Shown here piece after piece: positions 20,590 through 29,904 of a stretch of 64,000 nucleotides of DNA. Location of the stretch: positions 5,474 through 69,473 of the forward strand of contig NZ_JAEMRO010000003.1 of the NCBI RefSeq assembly GCF_016463295.1, in the 5' to 3' direction. The translations under genes were made by a program, and so were the position numbers. Every line of letters starts with the position of its first letter. The stretch's first letter is position 1. The notes below the pieces were generated by a model. The model was not told the origin of the DNA. It worked only from the letters and a program-made list of their open reading frames with translations, and did not search any database. The DNA is from Brevundimonas sp. (GTDB lineage Bacteria > Pseudomonadota > Alphaproteobacteria > Caulobacterales > Caulobacteraceae).

Positions 20590-21119
20590 TCCGCCAGCGC
20601 CGTCTCCGACGCCACGATCCGGCTGGCGGCGTGAACAACGGCCCCGATGCGCAGGGCGGCCTGGACCTGGGTCGCGGGCACGCCATGCTTGCGCAGCACG
20701 CCTTCATGCGCGTCCAGGCAACCGCCGCAGCCGTTGATCGCGCTGACCGCCGTCGCCCACAGTTCGAAGTCCATCTTCTCGACACCCGGATTGGCCAGGA
20801 CGTTCATCCGCAGGCGCGCGGAGATGGTCGTGTATTCCTGGTTCTTCATCAGGTGCAGGGCGCGATAGTAGACGTTGTTCATGCCCATGATGGCGGCGGC
20901 GGACTTGGCCGCATTCATCGCTTCGGGCGACAGGACGGTCGCCGCCTGCGCTTCGATCACCTTCACGACGGGAGCCACGCCGATGGCGTGGGCGGAGGCG
21001 AGGAAACAGCCCCATTTCTGCTGATCGTTCAGAACCGTCTCGGAGGCGAGCGAGCCGAGGTTCAGGGAGATGTCCTTGGCATAGGCGGGGATCAGGTCGC
21101 GAAGGGCGTCGATCGACAT
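20586..21119 (-). CDS. ahpD: Alkyl hydroperoxide reductase AhpD
   Basis: SAINGCGGCLDAHE CxxC motif; immediately downstream of ahpC. Confidence 0.92.
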   Translation of the reverse strand: MSIDALRDLIPAYAKDISLNLGSLASETVLNDQQKWGCFLASAHAIGVAPVVKVIEAQAATVLSPEAMNAAKSAAAIMGMNNVYYRALHLMKNQEYTTISARLRMNVLANPGVEKMDFELWATAVSAINGCGGCLDAHEGVLRKHGVPATQVQAALRIGAVVHAASRIVASETALAD

Positions 21120-21128
21120 GGTTGTCTC

Positions 21129-21200
21129 AGATTCGAGGGATGAGGGACGAGGTTCGAGGGGTGGCTTGACGAGGATACTCATCCCTCGCCCCTCGAACCT
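21129..21200. repeat. Heptamer-periodic inverted-repeat element, copy 1 (ahpC-ahpD)
   Basis: Left arm AGATTCG AGGGATG AGGGACG AGGTTCG AGGGGTG; reverse complement of right arm AGGTTCG AGGGGCG AGGGATG AG. Confidence 0.85.
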
Positions 21201-21208
21201 CTTTGGCC

Positions 21209-21763
21209 TTACGCCGCCAGCACGTCACCGCCGACGGGGCGGTTGCAGGCGCACAGTTCGTCGGTCTGAAGCGCGTCGACGACACGCAGGGTGTCGGCGG
21301 GGGCGCGGCCGACGTTCAGATTGGTGACATAGACGTGCTGCACGACATTGTGCGGATCGACCACGAAAGTGGCACGCAGGGCGACGCCCTCGGCCTCGTC
21401 CAGGATACCCAGATCGCGGGCGAACTTGCCGCCGTTGTCGGCGAACTGCCAGATCGGCAGCTTGTTCAGATCGGCGTGGTCGCGGCGCCAGGCCAGTTTG
21501 ACGAACTCATTGTCGGTCGAGCCGCCCAGGACGACGGTGTCGCGGTCGTCGAAATCGCGGGCCAGCGAGGCGAACTCGGCGATCTCGGTGGGGCAGACGA
21601 AGGTGAAGTCCTTCGGATAAAAGAAGATGACCTTCCACTTGCCCTCGAAGCTGTCCTGGGTGACCGTTTCGAACGCCGAGACGCCGTTCTCCTCATGGCT
21701 GTTGAAGCCCGGCTTGACGCCGATGATCTTGAATTCCGGCAGTTTTTTACCGACGCCCAGCAT
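21209..21763 (-). CDS. ahpC: Peroxiredoxin AhpC
   Basis: FFYPKDFTFVCPTE peroxidatic motif; resolving Cys region DELCAC. Confidence 0.95.
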   Translation of the reverse strand: MLGVGKKLPEFKIIGVKPGFNSHEENGVSAFETVTQDSFEGKWKVIFFYPKDFTFVCPTEIAEFASLARDFDDRDTVVLGGSTDNEFVKLAWRRDHADLNKLPIWQFADNGGKFARDLGILDEAEGVALRATFVVDPHNVVQHVYVTNLNVGRAPADTLRVVDALQTDELCACNRPVGGDVLAA

Positions 21764-21870
21764 AGGGTGCTCCTGAAACGATGATGATTTTGGGGACGGC
21801 GGGGGAGCGCCGTTTGCAGGTGCGAAATGGGCGCTGCACTGCACAAAGTCAATCGTTCGCGGCGACAGGG

Positions 21871-21908
21871 TTGATCAATAATATCTATAGGCACCATAGC
21901 CTGATCAA
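21871..21908. promoter_or_regulatory. Candidate OxyR (LysR-type) operator upstream of ahpC
   Basis: TTGATCA...TGATCAA terminal inverted repeat enclosing CTAT-N7-ATAG, a partial match to ATAG-N7-CTAT-N7-ATAG-N7-CTAT. Confidence 0.55.
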
Positions 21909-21983
21909 GTCTGACGTCTTGACCGAACCGCTTTACGATCACGCCGCCTGGGGCCAGTGTCCGAAGACATTCGGAGGATTGCC

Positions 21984-22889
21984 ATGCGTCGCCTGCTCAC
22001 CACCCTGACCCTTGCCGCCGCCGCCGCATCGACGGGCCTCACGGCTGTTCCGGCTCACGCCCAGACGCCGCCCGCGACCATCGGTGATCGCTACGTGCCG
22101 GCGCCCTGGTGGATGCGCGATCCGGTGATCGCCTCGGTCGGCTATGTCCGCACCGAGGTCACGGCCAACCGCGCCGGATTTGGAGCCAGCTTCCAGTCGG
22201 TCGAGCGCACCGCAGCTGAGGCTTCGCGCAAGGCCGCCGATCAGGTTCGCGCCCTCAGCCAGGCCCTGGCGGCCTATGGCGAAGACGTCGTCCGCGTCGA
22301 GACGACCGTGTCCACCCGCCCCCTGTACGACCAGTATCGCGACGAGGCCGGTAACCTGCGTGATAATGTCCGTGCCGACCGGATCGAACGCTATGAGGCC
22401 CAGGCCAATGTCAGCGTGACCCTGCGCGACGTGCGGGTGCTGGAGCGTGTCTATGCCACCGTGGTGGCGTCCCAGCCAACCTCGATCAGCCCGGTCAACT
22501 TCAACCTTCAGCCTGACAATGCGACCAAGACCTGGCTCCAGGCCGAAGCTGTCAAGGACGCCGCCCGGCGTGCGCGCGAAGCCGCTTCGAACGCCGGCGC
22601 GACACTGGGCGGGGTCCGCGTGATCGACCCGACGGGCCGCGCTTGCCAGACTGATGTCTTGGCGGGCTGGCCGTCCTATGGTGCCGGAGCGTCGCAGGCG
22701 ACGGATGTCGCGTACGACATGGCAGAAGCCGCCTATGTGCCACCGCCCGCACCTCCGCCCTCGCCCGTTACGGTCACCGGATCGCGGATCGCGCCTTCGG
22801 AAGATCAGATCGCGGCCGCAACGCTGGCCCTTCAACCGCCGCGGCGGGAACTGACGGATCAGGCCTGCGTCATCTATTCTATCAACTGA
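21984..22889 (+). CDS. SIMPL (DUF541) domain exported protein
   Basis: Signal peptide; EAVKDAARRAREAASNAGATLGGV helix typical of SIMPL; GGAGG SD. Confidence 0.8.
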   Translation: MRRLLTTLTLAAAAASTGLTAVPAHAQTPPATIGDRYVPAPWWMRDPVIASVGYVRTEVTANRAGFGASFQSVERTAAEASRKAADQVRALSQALAAYGEDVVRVETTVSTRPLYDQYRDEAGNLRDNVRADRIERYEAQANVSVTLRDVRVLERVYATVVASQPTSISPVNFNLQPDNATKTWLQAEAVKDAARRAREAASNAGATLGGVRVIDPTGRACQTDVLAGWPSYGAGASQATDVAYDMAEAAYVPPPAPPPSPVTVTGSRIAPSEDQIAAATLALQPPRRELTDQACVIYSIN

Positions 22890-23317
22890 TGGGCATCGCG
22901 GATGAGTTCCGGGCGGACGCGGCGTTCGAGTCTGGCTCGGTAGAAGTCGCCGACTGGGCGCTTAGTCAGGTCCGGCTGCAGGATGACGCGCGATTTCCGT
23001 GGCTGATCCTGATCCCGCGTCGGGCCGGTCTGACCGAGCTGGACGAGCTGGAGCCGTCCGATCTGAGCATGCTGATGTCCGAGGTCCTGATCGCGGGCGA
23101 CGCCGTGCGCGCGCTGGGACGAATGATCGACCGCCCGGTCGAGAAGCTGAACGTCGCGGCCCTGGGCAATGTCACCGCCCAGCTGCATGTGCACGTCATT
23201 GGCCGTCGGGCGGATGATCCGGTCTGGCCCGATCCGGTCTGGGGTCGTGGGTCGGCGGTGCCATGGGCTCCCGATCTGCGCGAAACCCTGATCCAGGCCC
23301 TCCGCCGTCCCGCCTGA
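22889..23317 (+). CDS. HIT family hydrolase
   Basis: DARFPWLILIPR, KLNVAALGN..AQLHVHVIGR..DD..WP.PVWG. Confidence 0.88.
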   Translation: MGIADEFRADAAFESGSVEVADWALSQVRLQDDARFPWLILIPRRAGLTELDELEPSDLSMLMSEVLIAGDAVRALGRMIDRPVEKLNVAALGNVTAQLHVHVIGRRADDPVWPDPVWGRGSAVPWAPDLRETLIQALRRPA

Positions 23318-23351
23318 GCGATCACTGATCACCCCGCGACGGTCTGGTGCG

Positions 23352-23380
23352 TTGACCCCCGGTCCCCTGCTGACTAAAGC
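23352..23380 (+). promoter_or_regulatory. Candidate sigma70 promoter of sdhCDAB
   Basis: TTGACC-N17-TAAAGC about 55 nt upstream of sdhC. Confidence 0.45.
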
Positions 23381-23434
23381 CTGTTCACTGGCGTCCGCGC
23401 CTGAATTTTCACGGCTTTTTTGAGAACCGTTCGC

Positions 23435-23908
23435 ATGTCAAGCTCCCCCCTGACGGGCGACCCCAGCAACGACCCTTCTGACGATCAGACCGGCCGCCTG
23501 GTGATCCAGCCCAATGGCCGGCCGCGTCCGCTGTCGCCGCACCTGCAGGTGTGGCGCTGGCACGTGACCATGACCGCCTCCATCCTGTTCCGCTTCACCA
23601 TCGGGGCGGCCAGCGTCGGCGCGGTGTTTCTGGTGGCCTGGCTGGCGGCGGTGGCCTTCGGACCGGAGGCTTTCGACGGCGCGGCTGCCTTCGCCGGTTC
23701 GCCTTTGGGTCTGATCGTCGGTTTCGGCCTGACGGTGGTGCTGTTCTCCCTGCTGCTGAACGGCGGGCGCCACCTGATCAACGACACGGGCAATGGCCTT
23801 CAGATCAAGCCTGCCGACCTGCTGTCCAATATCGCGGTCTGGGGCCCGGTGCCGCTGGCGGTGCTGTTCTGGGTCGTCCTGTTCTCCACCGGGAGGGTGT
23901 CGCTGTGA
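23435..23908 (+). CDS. sdhC: Succinate dehydrogenase cytochrome b556 subunit (heme-ligand His absent)
   Basis: RPLSPHLQVWRW, S-I-L-F-R, NGGRHL; first gene of sdhCDAB. Confidence 0.93.
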   Translation: MSSSPLTGDPSNDPSDDQTGRLVIQPNGRPRPLSPHLQVWRWHVTMTASILFRFTIGAASVGAVFLVAWLAAVAFGPEAFDGAAAFAGSPLGLIVGFGLTVVLFSLLLNGGRHLINDTGNGLQIKPADLLSNIAVWGPVPLAVLFWVVLFSTGRVSL

Positions 23909-24309
23909 GCGGTCGGGCTACATACAGAAACGGCGTCAAGGTTTCCGAGCACCACGGCGCCGGCGAATGGGCGACCGAGCGCGTGGCCCTGCTGCTGCTG
24001 ATGCCGCTGGGCGTCTGGGTCGCGTCGAGCGCATTTACCCTGGCCGGGGCCGACTACGATACCGTCATGGCCTGGTTCGCCAGCCCGCTGAACGCCATCC
24101 TTGCGGCGGTGACGGCCGTGGTCTTCTTCGGCTTCGCCAGCCTGGCGTGGAAGGTCATCATCGAGGACTACATCCACAAGCCCGGCACCAAGGGCTTGCT
24201 GATCGGCCTGTTGAATCTGATCTGTTTCGCGCTGGCCGCCGCCAGCGTCTTCTTCATCGTGCGGGTGGCGCTGGGTTCAGCGCCGCTGCCGGCTGGTTTC
24301 GGAGTCTGA
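23905..24309 (+). CDS. sdhD: Succinate dehydrogenase hydrophobic anchor subunit (heme-ligand His absent)
   Basis: GTG start overlapping the sdhC stop (GTGA); three TM helices; VIIEDYIH motif. Confidence 0.9.
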   Translation: MSGRATYRNGVKVSEHHGAGEWATERVALLLLMPLGVWVASSAFTLAGADYDTVMAWFASPLNAILAAVTAVVFFGFASLAWKVIIEDYIHKPGTKGLLIGLLNLICFALAAASVFFIVRVALGSAPLPAGFGV

Positions 24310-24313
24310 CCGC

Positions 24314-26098
24314 GTGACCGCATACGAATTCGTCGATCACGAATATGACGTCGTCGTCCTGGGCGCCGGGGGCTCGGGCCTGCGCGCCGCGCTGGGGGCC
24401 GCGCAGCAAGGTCTGAAGGTCGCCTGCGTCACCAAGGTCTTCCCGACCCGCTCGCACACCGTGGCGGCCCAGGGTGGTATCTCGGCCAGCCTCGGCAACA
24501 TGGGCGAGGACTCGTGGCAATGGCACATGTACGACACCGTCAAGGGGTCGGACTGGCTGGGCGATCAGGACGCCATCGAATACCTGGTCCGCAACGCGCC
24601 CAAGGCGGTCTATGAGCTGGAACACTGGGGTGTGCCGTTCAGCCGGACCGATGAAGGCAAGATCTATCAGCGCGCCTTCGGCGGCATGACCCGCAACTTC
24701 GGCGAAGGCCCGGTGCAGCGCACCTGTGCTGCCGCCGACCGCACCGGCCACGCCATCCTGCACACTTTGTACGGCCAGTCGGTGCGACGCGAGGTCGAGT
24801 TCTTCGTCGAATATTTTGGCCTGGACCTGATCATGCAGGACGGTGTCTGCACCGGCCTGACGGCGCTGAAACTGGACGACGGCACCCTTCACCGGTTCCG
24901 CGCCAAGCTGGTGATCCTGGCCACAGGCGGATACGGCCGCGCCTATTTCAGCGCCACCAGCGCCCATACCTGCACGGGCGACGGCAATGCCATGGTGCTG
25001 CGCGCGGGCCTGCCGTTGCAGGACATGGAGTTCGTCCAGTTCCACCCGACCGGCATCTATGGTGCAGGTTGCCTGATCACGGAAGGCGCGCGCGGCGAGG
25101 GCGGCTATCTGACCAACTCCGAGGGCGAGCGCTTCATGGAGCGCTATGCGCCCACTGTGAAGGACCTGGCTCCGCGTGACATGGTTTCGCGCTCCATGAC
25201 CATCGAAATCCGCGAGGGGCGCGGCGTGGGCCCGAACAAGGACCACATCTTCCTGCACCTGGATCACCTCGATCCGAAGGTGCTGCACGAGCGCCTGCCG
25301 GGCATTTCGGAAAGCGCCAAGATCTTTGCGGGCGTGGATGTGACCAAAGCCCCGATCCCGGTCCTGCCGACCGTCCACTACAATATGGGCGGCATCCCCA
25401 CGAACTATCACGGCGAGGTCCTGACCAAGGTCGGCGACAATGCCGACACCGTCGTGCCGGGCCTGATGGCCGTAGGCGAGGCGGCCTGTGTGTCCGTACA
25501 CGGTGCGAACCGTCTGGGCTCCAACAGCCTGACCGATCTGGTCGTGTTCGGCCGCGCGGCCGGTCTGCGCGCCGGGGAGGTCGTGGACAAGGCGTCTCGC
25601 GTGCCCGATGCCCCGGCCTCCACGACGGATGCCCATCTGGCCCGCCTTGATCGTTTCCGCCACGCCAATGGTTCGACCCCGACCGCCAAGCTGCGCATCG
25701 AGATGCAGCGCGCCATGCAGTCCGACGCCGCCGTGTTCCGCACCGGCAAGACGCTGGAAGAAGGCACCGCCAAGCTGCGCGCAATCCATGCGCAGGGGGC
25801 TGACATCAAGACCACTGACCGCGGTCTGATCTGGAACACCGACCTGGTCGAGACGCTGGAATACGACAACCTGATCGATCAGGCCCTGGTCACGATAGAG
25901 AGCGCGCTGAACCGCACGGAATCGCGCGGGGCTCATGCGCGTGAAGACTATCCGGATCGTGACGACGTCAACTGGATGAAGCATACCCTGTCCTGGAAGG
26001 TCCCGGGCGATGCGGTGAAGATCGACTACCGTCCGGTCCACAACTACACGATGTCGGACGACATCGCCTACATCGAGCCCAAGACAAGGGTGTACTGA
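24314..26098 (+). CDS. sdhA: Succinate dehydrogenase flavoprotein
   Basis: [16 protein letters not shown] (covalent FAD His), [23 protein letters not shown]. Confidence 0.98.
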   Translation: MTAYEFVDHEYDVVVLGAGGSGLRAALGAAQQGLKVACVTKVFPTRSHTVAAQGGISASLGNMGEDSWQWHMYDTVKGSDWLGDQDAIEYLVRNAPKAVYELEHWGVPFSRTDEGKIYQRAFGGMTRNFGEGPVQRTCAAADRTGHAILHTLYGQSVRREVEFFVEYFGLDLIMQDGVCTGLTALKLDDGTLHRFRAKLVILATGGYGRAYFSATSAHTCTGDGNAMVLRAGLPLQDMEFVQFHPTGIYGAGCLITEGARGEGGYLTNSEGERFMERYAPTVKDLAPRDMVSRSMTIEIREGRGVGPNKDHIFLHLDHLDPKVLHERLPGISESAKIFAGVDVTKAPIPVLPTVHYNMGGIPTNYHGEVLTKVGDNADTVVPGLMAVGEAACVSVHGANRLGSNSLTDLVVFGRAAGLRAGEVVDKASRVPDAPASTTDAHLARLDRFRHANGSTPTAKLRIEMQRAMQSDAAVFRTGKTLEEGTAKLRAIHAQGADIKTTDRGLIWNTDLVETLEYDNLIDQALVTIESALNRTESRGAHAREDYPDRDDVNWMKHTLSWKVPGDAVKIDYRPVHNYTMSDDIAYIEPKTRVY

Positions 26099-26100
26099 AG

Positions 26101-26898
26101 ATGGTTCAGCTTACTCTCCCCCGGGGGTCGAAGCCCTCGACCGGCAAGGTTCACAAGGCCCCCGCCGGTGCCAAGAACGTCAAGACCTACAAGGTCTATC
26201 GCTACGACCCCGAGGTCGATGCCGACCCACGCTGGGATACGTTCGAGGTCTCCAGCGACGACCACGGCCCCATGCTGCTGGACGCCCTGATCCACATCAA
26301 GAACGAGATCGACCCGACGCTGGCGTTTCGCCGGTCGTGCCGCGAGGGCATCTGCGGTTCGTGCTCGATGAACATCGACGGGCGCAACACCCTGGCCTGC
26401 ACCAAGGGCTGGGATGAATGTTCGTCGCACAACATCTCCATCGCCCCCCTGCCGCACCAGCCCGTTGTCAAGGATCTGGTGACGGACCTGACGCTGTTCT
26501 ACGCCCAGTACGATAGCATCCAGCCTTATCTCCAGTCCGACGAGCCGGATCCGGAGAAGGAGCGTATCCAGCTGCCCGAGGACAGGGCCAAGCTGGACGG
26601 GCTGTACGAATGCATCCTGTGCGCCTGCTGCTCGACCTCCTGCCCCAGCTACTGGTGGAACCAGACGGAATATCTGGGCCCGGCGGCCCTGCTTCAGTCC
26701 TACCGCTGGATCGCCGACAGCCGCGATGATGCCACGGACAAGCGGCTGGACGACCTTGAGGACCCGTTCAAACTGTACCGCTGCCACACCATCATGAACT
26801 GCGCCCAGGTCTGCCCCAAGGGCCTGAACCCCGCCAAGGCCATCGCCGAAACCAAGAAGCTGATGGTCGCCCCGGGTCGGAAGAAGCAGGCGGCCTGA
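26101..26898 (+). CDS. sdhB: Succinate dehydrogenase iron-sulfur subunit
   Basis: [34 protein letters not shown]. Confidence 0.98.
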   Translation: MVQLTLPRGSKPSTGKVHKAPAGAKNVKTYKVYRYDPEVDADPRWDTFEVSSDDHGPMLLDALIHIKNEIDPTLAFRRSCREGICGSCSMNIDGRNTLACTKGWDECSSHNISIAPLPHQPVVKDLVTDLTLFYAQYDSIQPYLQSDEPDPEKERIQLPEDRAKLDGLYECILCACCSTSCPSYWWNQTEYLGPAALLQSYRWIADSRDDATDKRLDDLEDPFKLYRCHTIMNCAQVCPKGLNPAKAIAETKKLMVAPGRKKQAA

Positions 26899-26899
26899 G

Positions 26900-27220
26900 T
26901 TGGCGAAGGTTACCTACATCGAGCACGACGGCCGCGAGCATGTCGTGGAGGTCAAGACCGGGCTTTCCATCATGGAGGGCGCGATCCGGAACAATGTGCC
27001 CGGTATCGACGCCGACTGCGGCGGAGCCTGTGCCTGCGCGACCTGTCATGTCTATGTGGACGAGGCCTTCGCTGCCGAGACGGGACGGCCTTCGGCGATG
27101 GAGGAGTCCATGCTGGACTTCGCCGAAAATGTTCAGCCGAACAGTCGCCTGTCCTGTCAGATCCGGGTCAGGGACGAGCTGGACGGGCTGATTGTGCGCC
27201 TGCCCGAGAACCAGCACTGA
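26900..27220 (+). CDS. 2Fe-2S ferredoxin (adrenodoxin/putidaredoxin type)
   Basis: [11 protein letters not shown] and SRLSCQ. TTG start 1 nt after the sdhB stop. Confidence 0.93.
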   Translation: MAKVTYIEHDGREHVVEVKTGLSIMEGAIRNNVPGIDADCGGACACATCHVYVDEAFAAETGRPSAMEESMLDFAENVQPNSRLSCQIRVRDELDGLIVRLPENQH

Positions 27221-27543
27221 GCCAGACACCCGAGCGGCGGTTCGAGCCGCGCAGGCCGTCGCACACTCGCGCCCTGATCGTCGCGCCTGGTGTCGAGCTG
27301 GCCTGTCTGATCGTGGACCGGTCCGCTCGCGGGATGAAAATCCGCATGGATCGCGCCCTGTCCCTGCCTGCGCACGTCACGGTTGTGGATATGGAACAGG
27401 CCGTCGCCATAGAGGCTGAGGTCGTCTGGAGCAAGGGGACAGAGGCGGGGCTCAAGGAGGGTTCGCGCGCATTGTTGCGCGGGCTGGTGCCCTCTCGACT
27501 GGCTGCGGCCCGGGCGGCGTGGCTGAGGGCCGGGGGCCGTTAG
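27217..27543 (+). CDS. Single-domain PilZ protein (c-di-GMP receptor), probable CTG start
   Basis: From CTG 27217: [13 protein letters not shown]...[10 protein letters not shown]. Both RxxxR and DxSxxG present; RxxxR lies upstream of the track's GTG start at 27313. Confidence 0.8.
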   Translation: MSQTPERRFEPRRPSHTRALIVAPGVELACLIVDRSARGMKIRMDRALSLPAHVTVVDMEQAVAIEAEVVWSKGTEAGLKEGSRALLRGLVPSRLAAARAAWLRAGGR

Positions 27544-27546
27544 ACC

Positions 27547-27765
27547 TCAGTGACCCTTGTGGCCGGCAGGCTGGGCGGTCTTGCTCATGGAAATCGCGTC
27601 GTGCTCCAAGACAGGGTCGTCCTCTGCCTTGGCATTGTGGGGGTTGAGGCCGGACTTGCGCGCGGTCTTCGATAGCTGTGAGGCGCGCCCGAAACTCTTG
27701 TCCTCGCCGATATGGTTCGCGGCCGGGGGCGTCTGTGTGGTGCCCGTTTTCCTGATCGTCGCCAT
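27547..27765 (-). CDS. Small hydrophilic hypothetical protein (72 aa)
   Basis: GGGAGG SD before ATG; fills the gap convergent with pilZ; no recognisable domain. Confidence 0.6.
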   Translation of the reverse strand: MATIRKTGTTQTPPAANHIGEDKSFGRASQLSKTARKSGLNPHNAKAEDDPVLEHDAISMSKTAQPAGHKGH

Positions 27766-28003
27766 CACGTCCTCCCTTCGTGTTCGCCCGGACGGTCGGA
27801 TCGGGCCCCGCCCGACCCGGTCAGCGAACGCGCGGTAAGACAGCGTCTGCTCCGTCCATCATGGAAATCCCCTCGATCTCCAGCGCCAGCATCGGGCAAA
27901 GCCATGGTCCCCCGACCCAAGCCTCTCCGCGCAATCCTGAAGCGCATTTGGCCGTACACCGAGGCTCGCCGGCGCGTTAGGACGACCGTCGCTGAATCTT
28001 GTA

Positions 28004-28990
28004 TCAGCGTTCAGGGGCGGTGCTGGTGCGCATCACCTGTAGATTGGTCGCCACAAGCTGACGGTATTCGCGCGGCGTCATGCCGTAGCGGGCGCGGAAG
28101 GAGCGACTGAGGTGAGCCGCGTCGCTGAAGCCCAGCCTGTGAGCGATCGTGCCGATCGTCTCGTGCCGATAGATGTCGGCCAGGGCCGCACGCGCGTTGT
28201 CCAGCCGCCGGGTCAGGACGAAGGCCTGAACACCGCCATCCTTCTGAAAGGCCGCGAACAGGCGCGCGCGCGATACGCCCAGGATTTTGCACAGCGCCTC
28301 GACACTCACATCGCCCTCCACCAGACGCCGCTCGATCGCTTCAGAGGCTCGCAGATGCAGGGCCTCGTCTGCGCTGATCAGGGGGGTCGTCGACGGTCGG
28401 GCCGCCTTAAGGACCGTAGCGATAAGCTCCAGCGCACTGCGTCCCAGCGGCTCGGCCTGGGCCTGGGTCAGGGTCGGCATGGCCCTGTGGATCGCCGCCG
28501 CGAAATCGATCAGCAGGGCCGCCTGATCCGCCGTCAGAACCAGGGCCCGAAGGTCGTGAAGGGGCGCGAACCAGGCCTCGGCCACGGGCCGCGGCAGGAT
28601 GAAACTGTAGGTAAAGCTGCCGGTCGACATGTGCAGCGACGGGAGGGACAGGTCGTGGAAATGGCCCATGCCGGCGGTCTCGTGAAAGGGCAGGCCGTCG
28701 ATCTGACCCTGCGCCTCGCCGCGCACCATCAGGTTCAGGATGATCGGGTCGAAGTCCGAGTCACGGATGTCCTGGATGTGACGTTCCCACCGCATCGCCG
28801 TGATGGTGGCGGCGGCAAATATGATGGAGCCCAGCTGAGCCGTTTCCCAAGAGGTATCGAACGGCTCGGTCGGCTGGGTGCGATAGATCGGGCGCTGGCG
28901 CGGCCAGTCCCTGAGATACCATCTCGCATAGCGTTCTTCCGGCGGAAACGCCTCTGTCGAATAGCGCAGGATCGGCAGCGGCTCCGACAT
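28004..28990 (-). CDS. AraC family transcriptional regulator
   Basis: N-terminal YSTEAFPPEER..W ligand domain; C-terminal HTH ...IGTIAHRLGFSDAAHLSRSFRARYGMTPREYR. Confidence 0.92.
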   Translation of the reverse strand: MSEPLPILRYSTEAFPPEERYARWYLRDWPRQRPIYRTQPTEPFDTSWETAQLGSIIFAAATITAMRWERHIQDIRDSDFDPIILNLMVRGEAQGQIDGLPFHETAGMGHFHDLSLPSLHMSTGSFTYSFILPRPVAEAWFAPLHDLRALVLTADQAALLIDFAAAIHRAMPTLTQAQAEPLGRSALELIATVLKAARPSTTPLISADEALHLRASEAIERRLVEGDVSVEALCKILGVSRARLFAAFQKDGGVQAFVLTRRLDNARAALADIYRHETIGTIAHRLGFSDAAHLSRSFRARYGMTPREYRQLVATNLQVMRTSTAPER

Positions 28991-29022
28991 TCGGGCTCCC
29001 TTGGTTAAGACAACCGGAGCAA

Positions 29023-29047
29023 TACGCCGTCCGACGAACTATGTTCC
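29023..29047 (-). promoter_or_regulatory. Candidate SigT/EcfG promoter GGAAC-N16-CGTA upstream of araC
   Basis: Minus-strand match with one mismatch to GGAAC-N16/17-CGTT. Confidence 0.35.
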
Positions 29048-29059
29048 GAATGCGGCGCG

Positions 29060-29899
29060 TCAGATCCCGGCGGGCATGGTCCCGGCGTTGATGGCGATAC
29101 GCCCGATCAGCCCCTTGACGATCAAATCCAGCGCCGTGCCCTCGCGATAGTCGGCGGCGGCGACGAAGTTCACCCGGTCCTCGGAGATCAGGGAGTAGAC
29201 CTTCTTCTGATCGCGTTCGTTGGAGCGCGGGTCATAGACGGCGATCGAGAACCCACCCTTCGTGTGCATCATCTTCATGGTCGGTACGTCGGTGTCGCCG
29301 TCGCCGAGGAAGATCATTCGGTCGAAGGGGACGCGGCGGTCTTCGTCCGGGATGAAATGGTTGATCCGCTCGTTCTCCCAGTGATTGTTCACGCCCTTGT
29401 TGATGCGGAACAGGTATTGGGTCTTGGTCGTGTAGTTGACGCCGACGGCGGGCCAGGCCGCCTCCCCCTTTTCGTCATAGACATAGTGTGAGGCAAAGAC
29501 GTGCGTCAGAGCGGGCCGGATCGGCGTGCCCTCGATCATCTCCTCCAGCCCGGCGGAGATGATGTAGTGCTCGATATCCAGGCCGTACTGGGCCCCGAAG
29601 GCGTTCATCCGGTCGAACCAGGACAGGTCCTTCAGGCCCTCGAACAGCGCCACCTCGCGCCCCTGTTCGGCCAGGGTCTCGCGCGTGATCGGCGCGCCGT
29701 TGTCGCGCGCATGGCGCAGCATCAGCTGCATATACATCAGGATTCCGTCGGCATCGGCGGCTTGGGTCAGGGCCTCGGCCTCGGCCCAGAAGGCTCCGAT
29801 GTCCATGCCGATGGACGGGATGAAGCTGACCTCCTGCATGTTCCCGCGCGCGAGGGTGCCGTCGAAGTCGTAGATCAGGGCGGTCTTGAGGGGCTTCAT
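29060..29899 (-). CDS. HAD-superfamily hydrolase
   Basis: Motif I YDFDGTL, IISAG, K, and GDGDTD motif IV. Confidence 0.88.
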   Translation of the reverse strand: MKPLKTALIYDFDGTLARGNMQEVSFIPSIGMDIGAFWAEAEALTQAADADGILMYMQLMLRHARDNGAPITRETLAEQGREVALFEGLKDLSWFDRMNAFGAQYGLDIEHYIISAGLEEMIEGTPIRPALTHVFASHYVYDEKGEAAWPAVGVNYTTKTQYLFRINKGVNNHWENERINHFIPDEDRRVPFDRMIFLGDGDTDVPTMKMMHTKGGFSIAVYDPRSNERDQKKVYSLISEDRVNFVAAADYREGTALDLIVKGLIGRIAINAGTMPAGI

Positions 29900-29904
29900 A
29901 GGGA

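Noticed and set aside
21129-21200. Heptamer elements or CAA-bulge repeats as a CRISPR array
   Set aside because: No regular repeat-spacer series and no cas genes in the window.
27765-27990. Short ORFs between the 72-aa gene and araC
   Set aside because: Several overlapping short frames, none with a convincing SD and recognisable product; cannot choose one.
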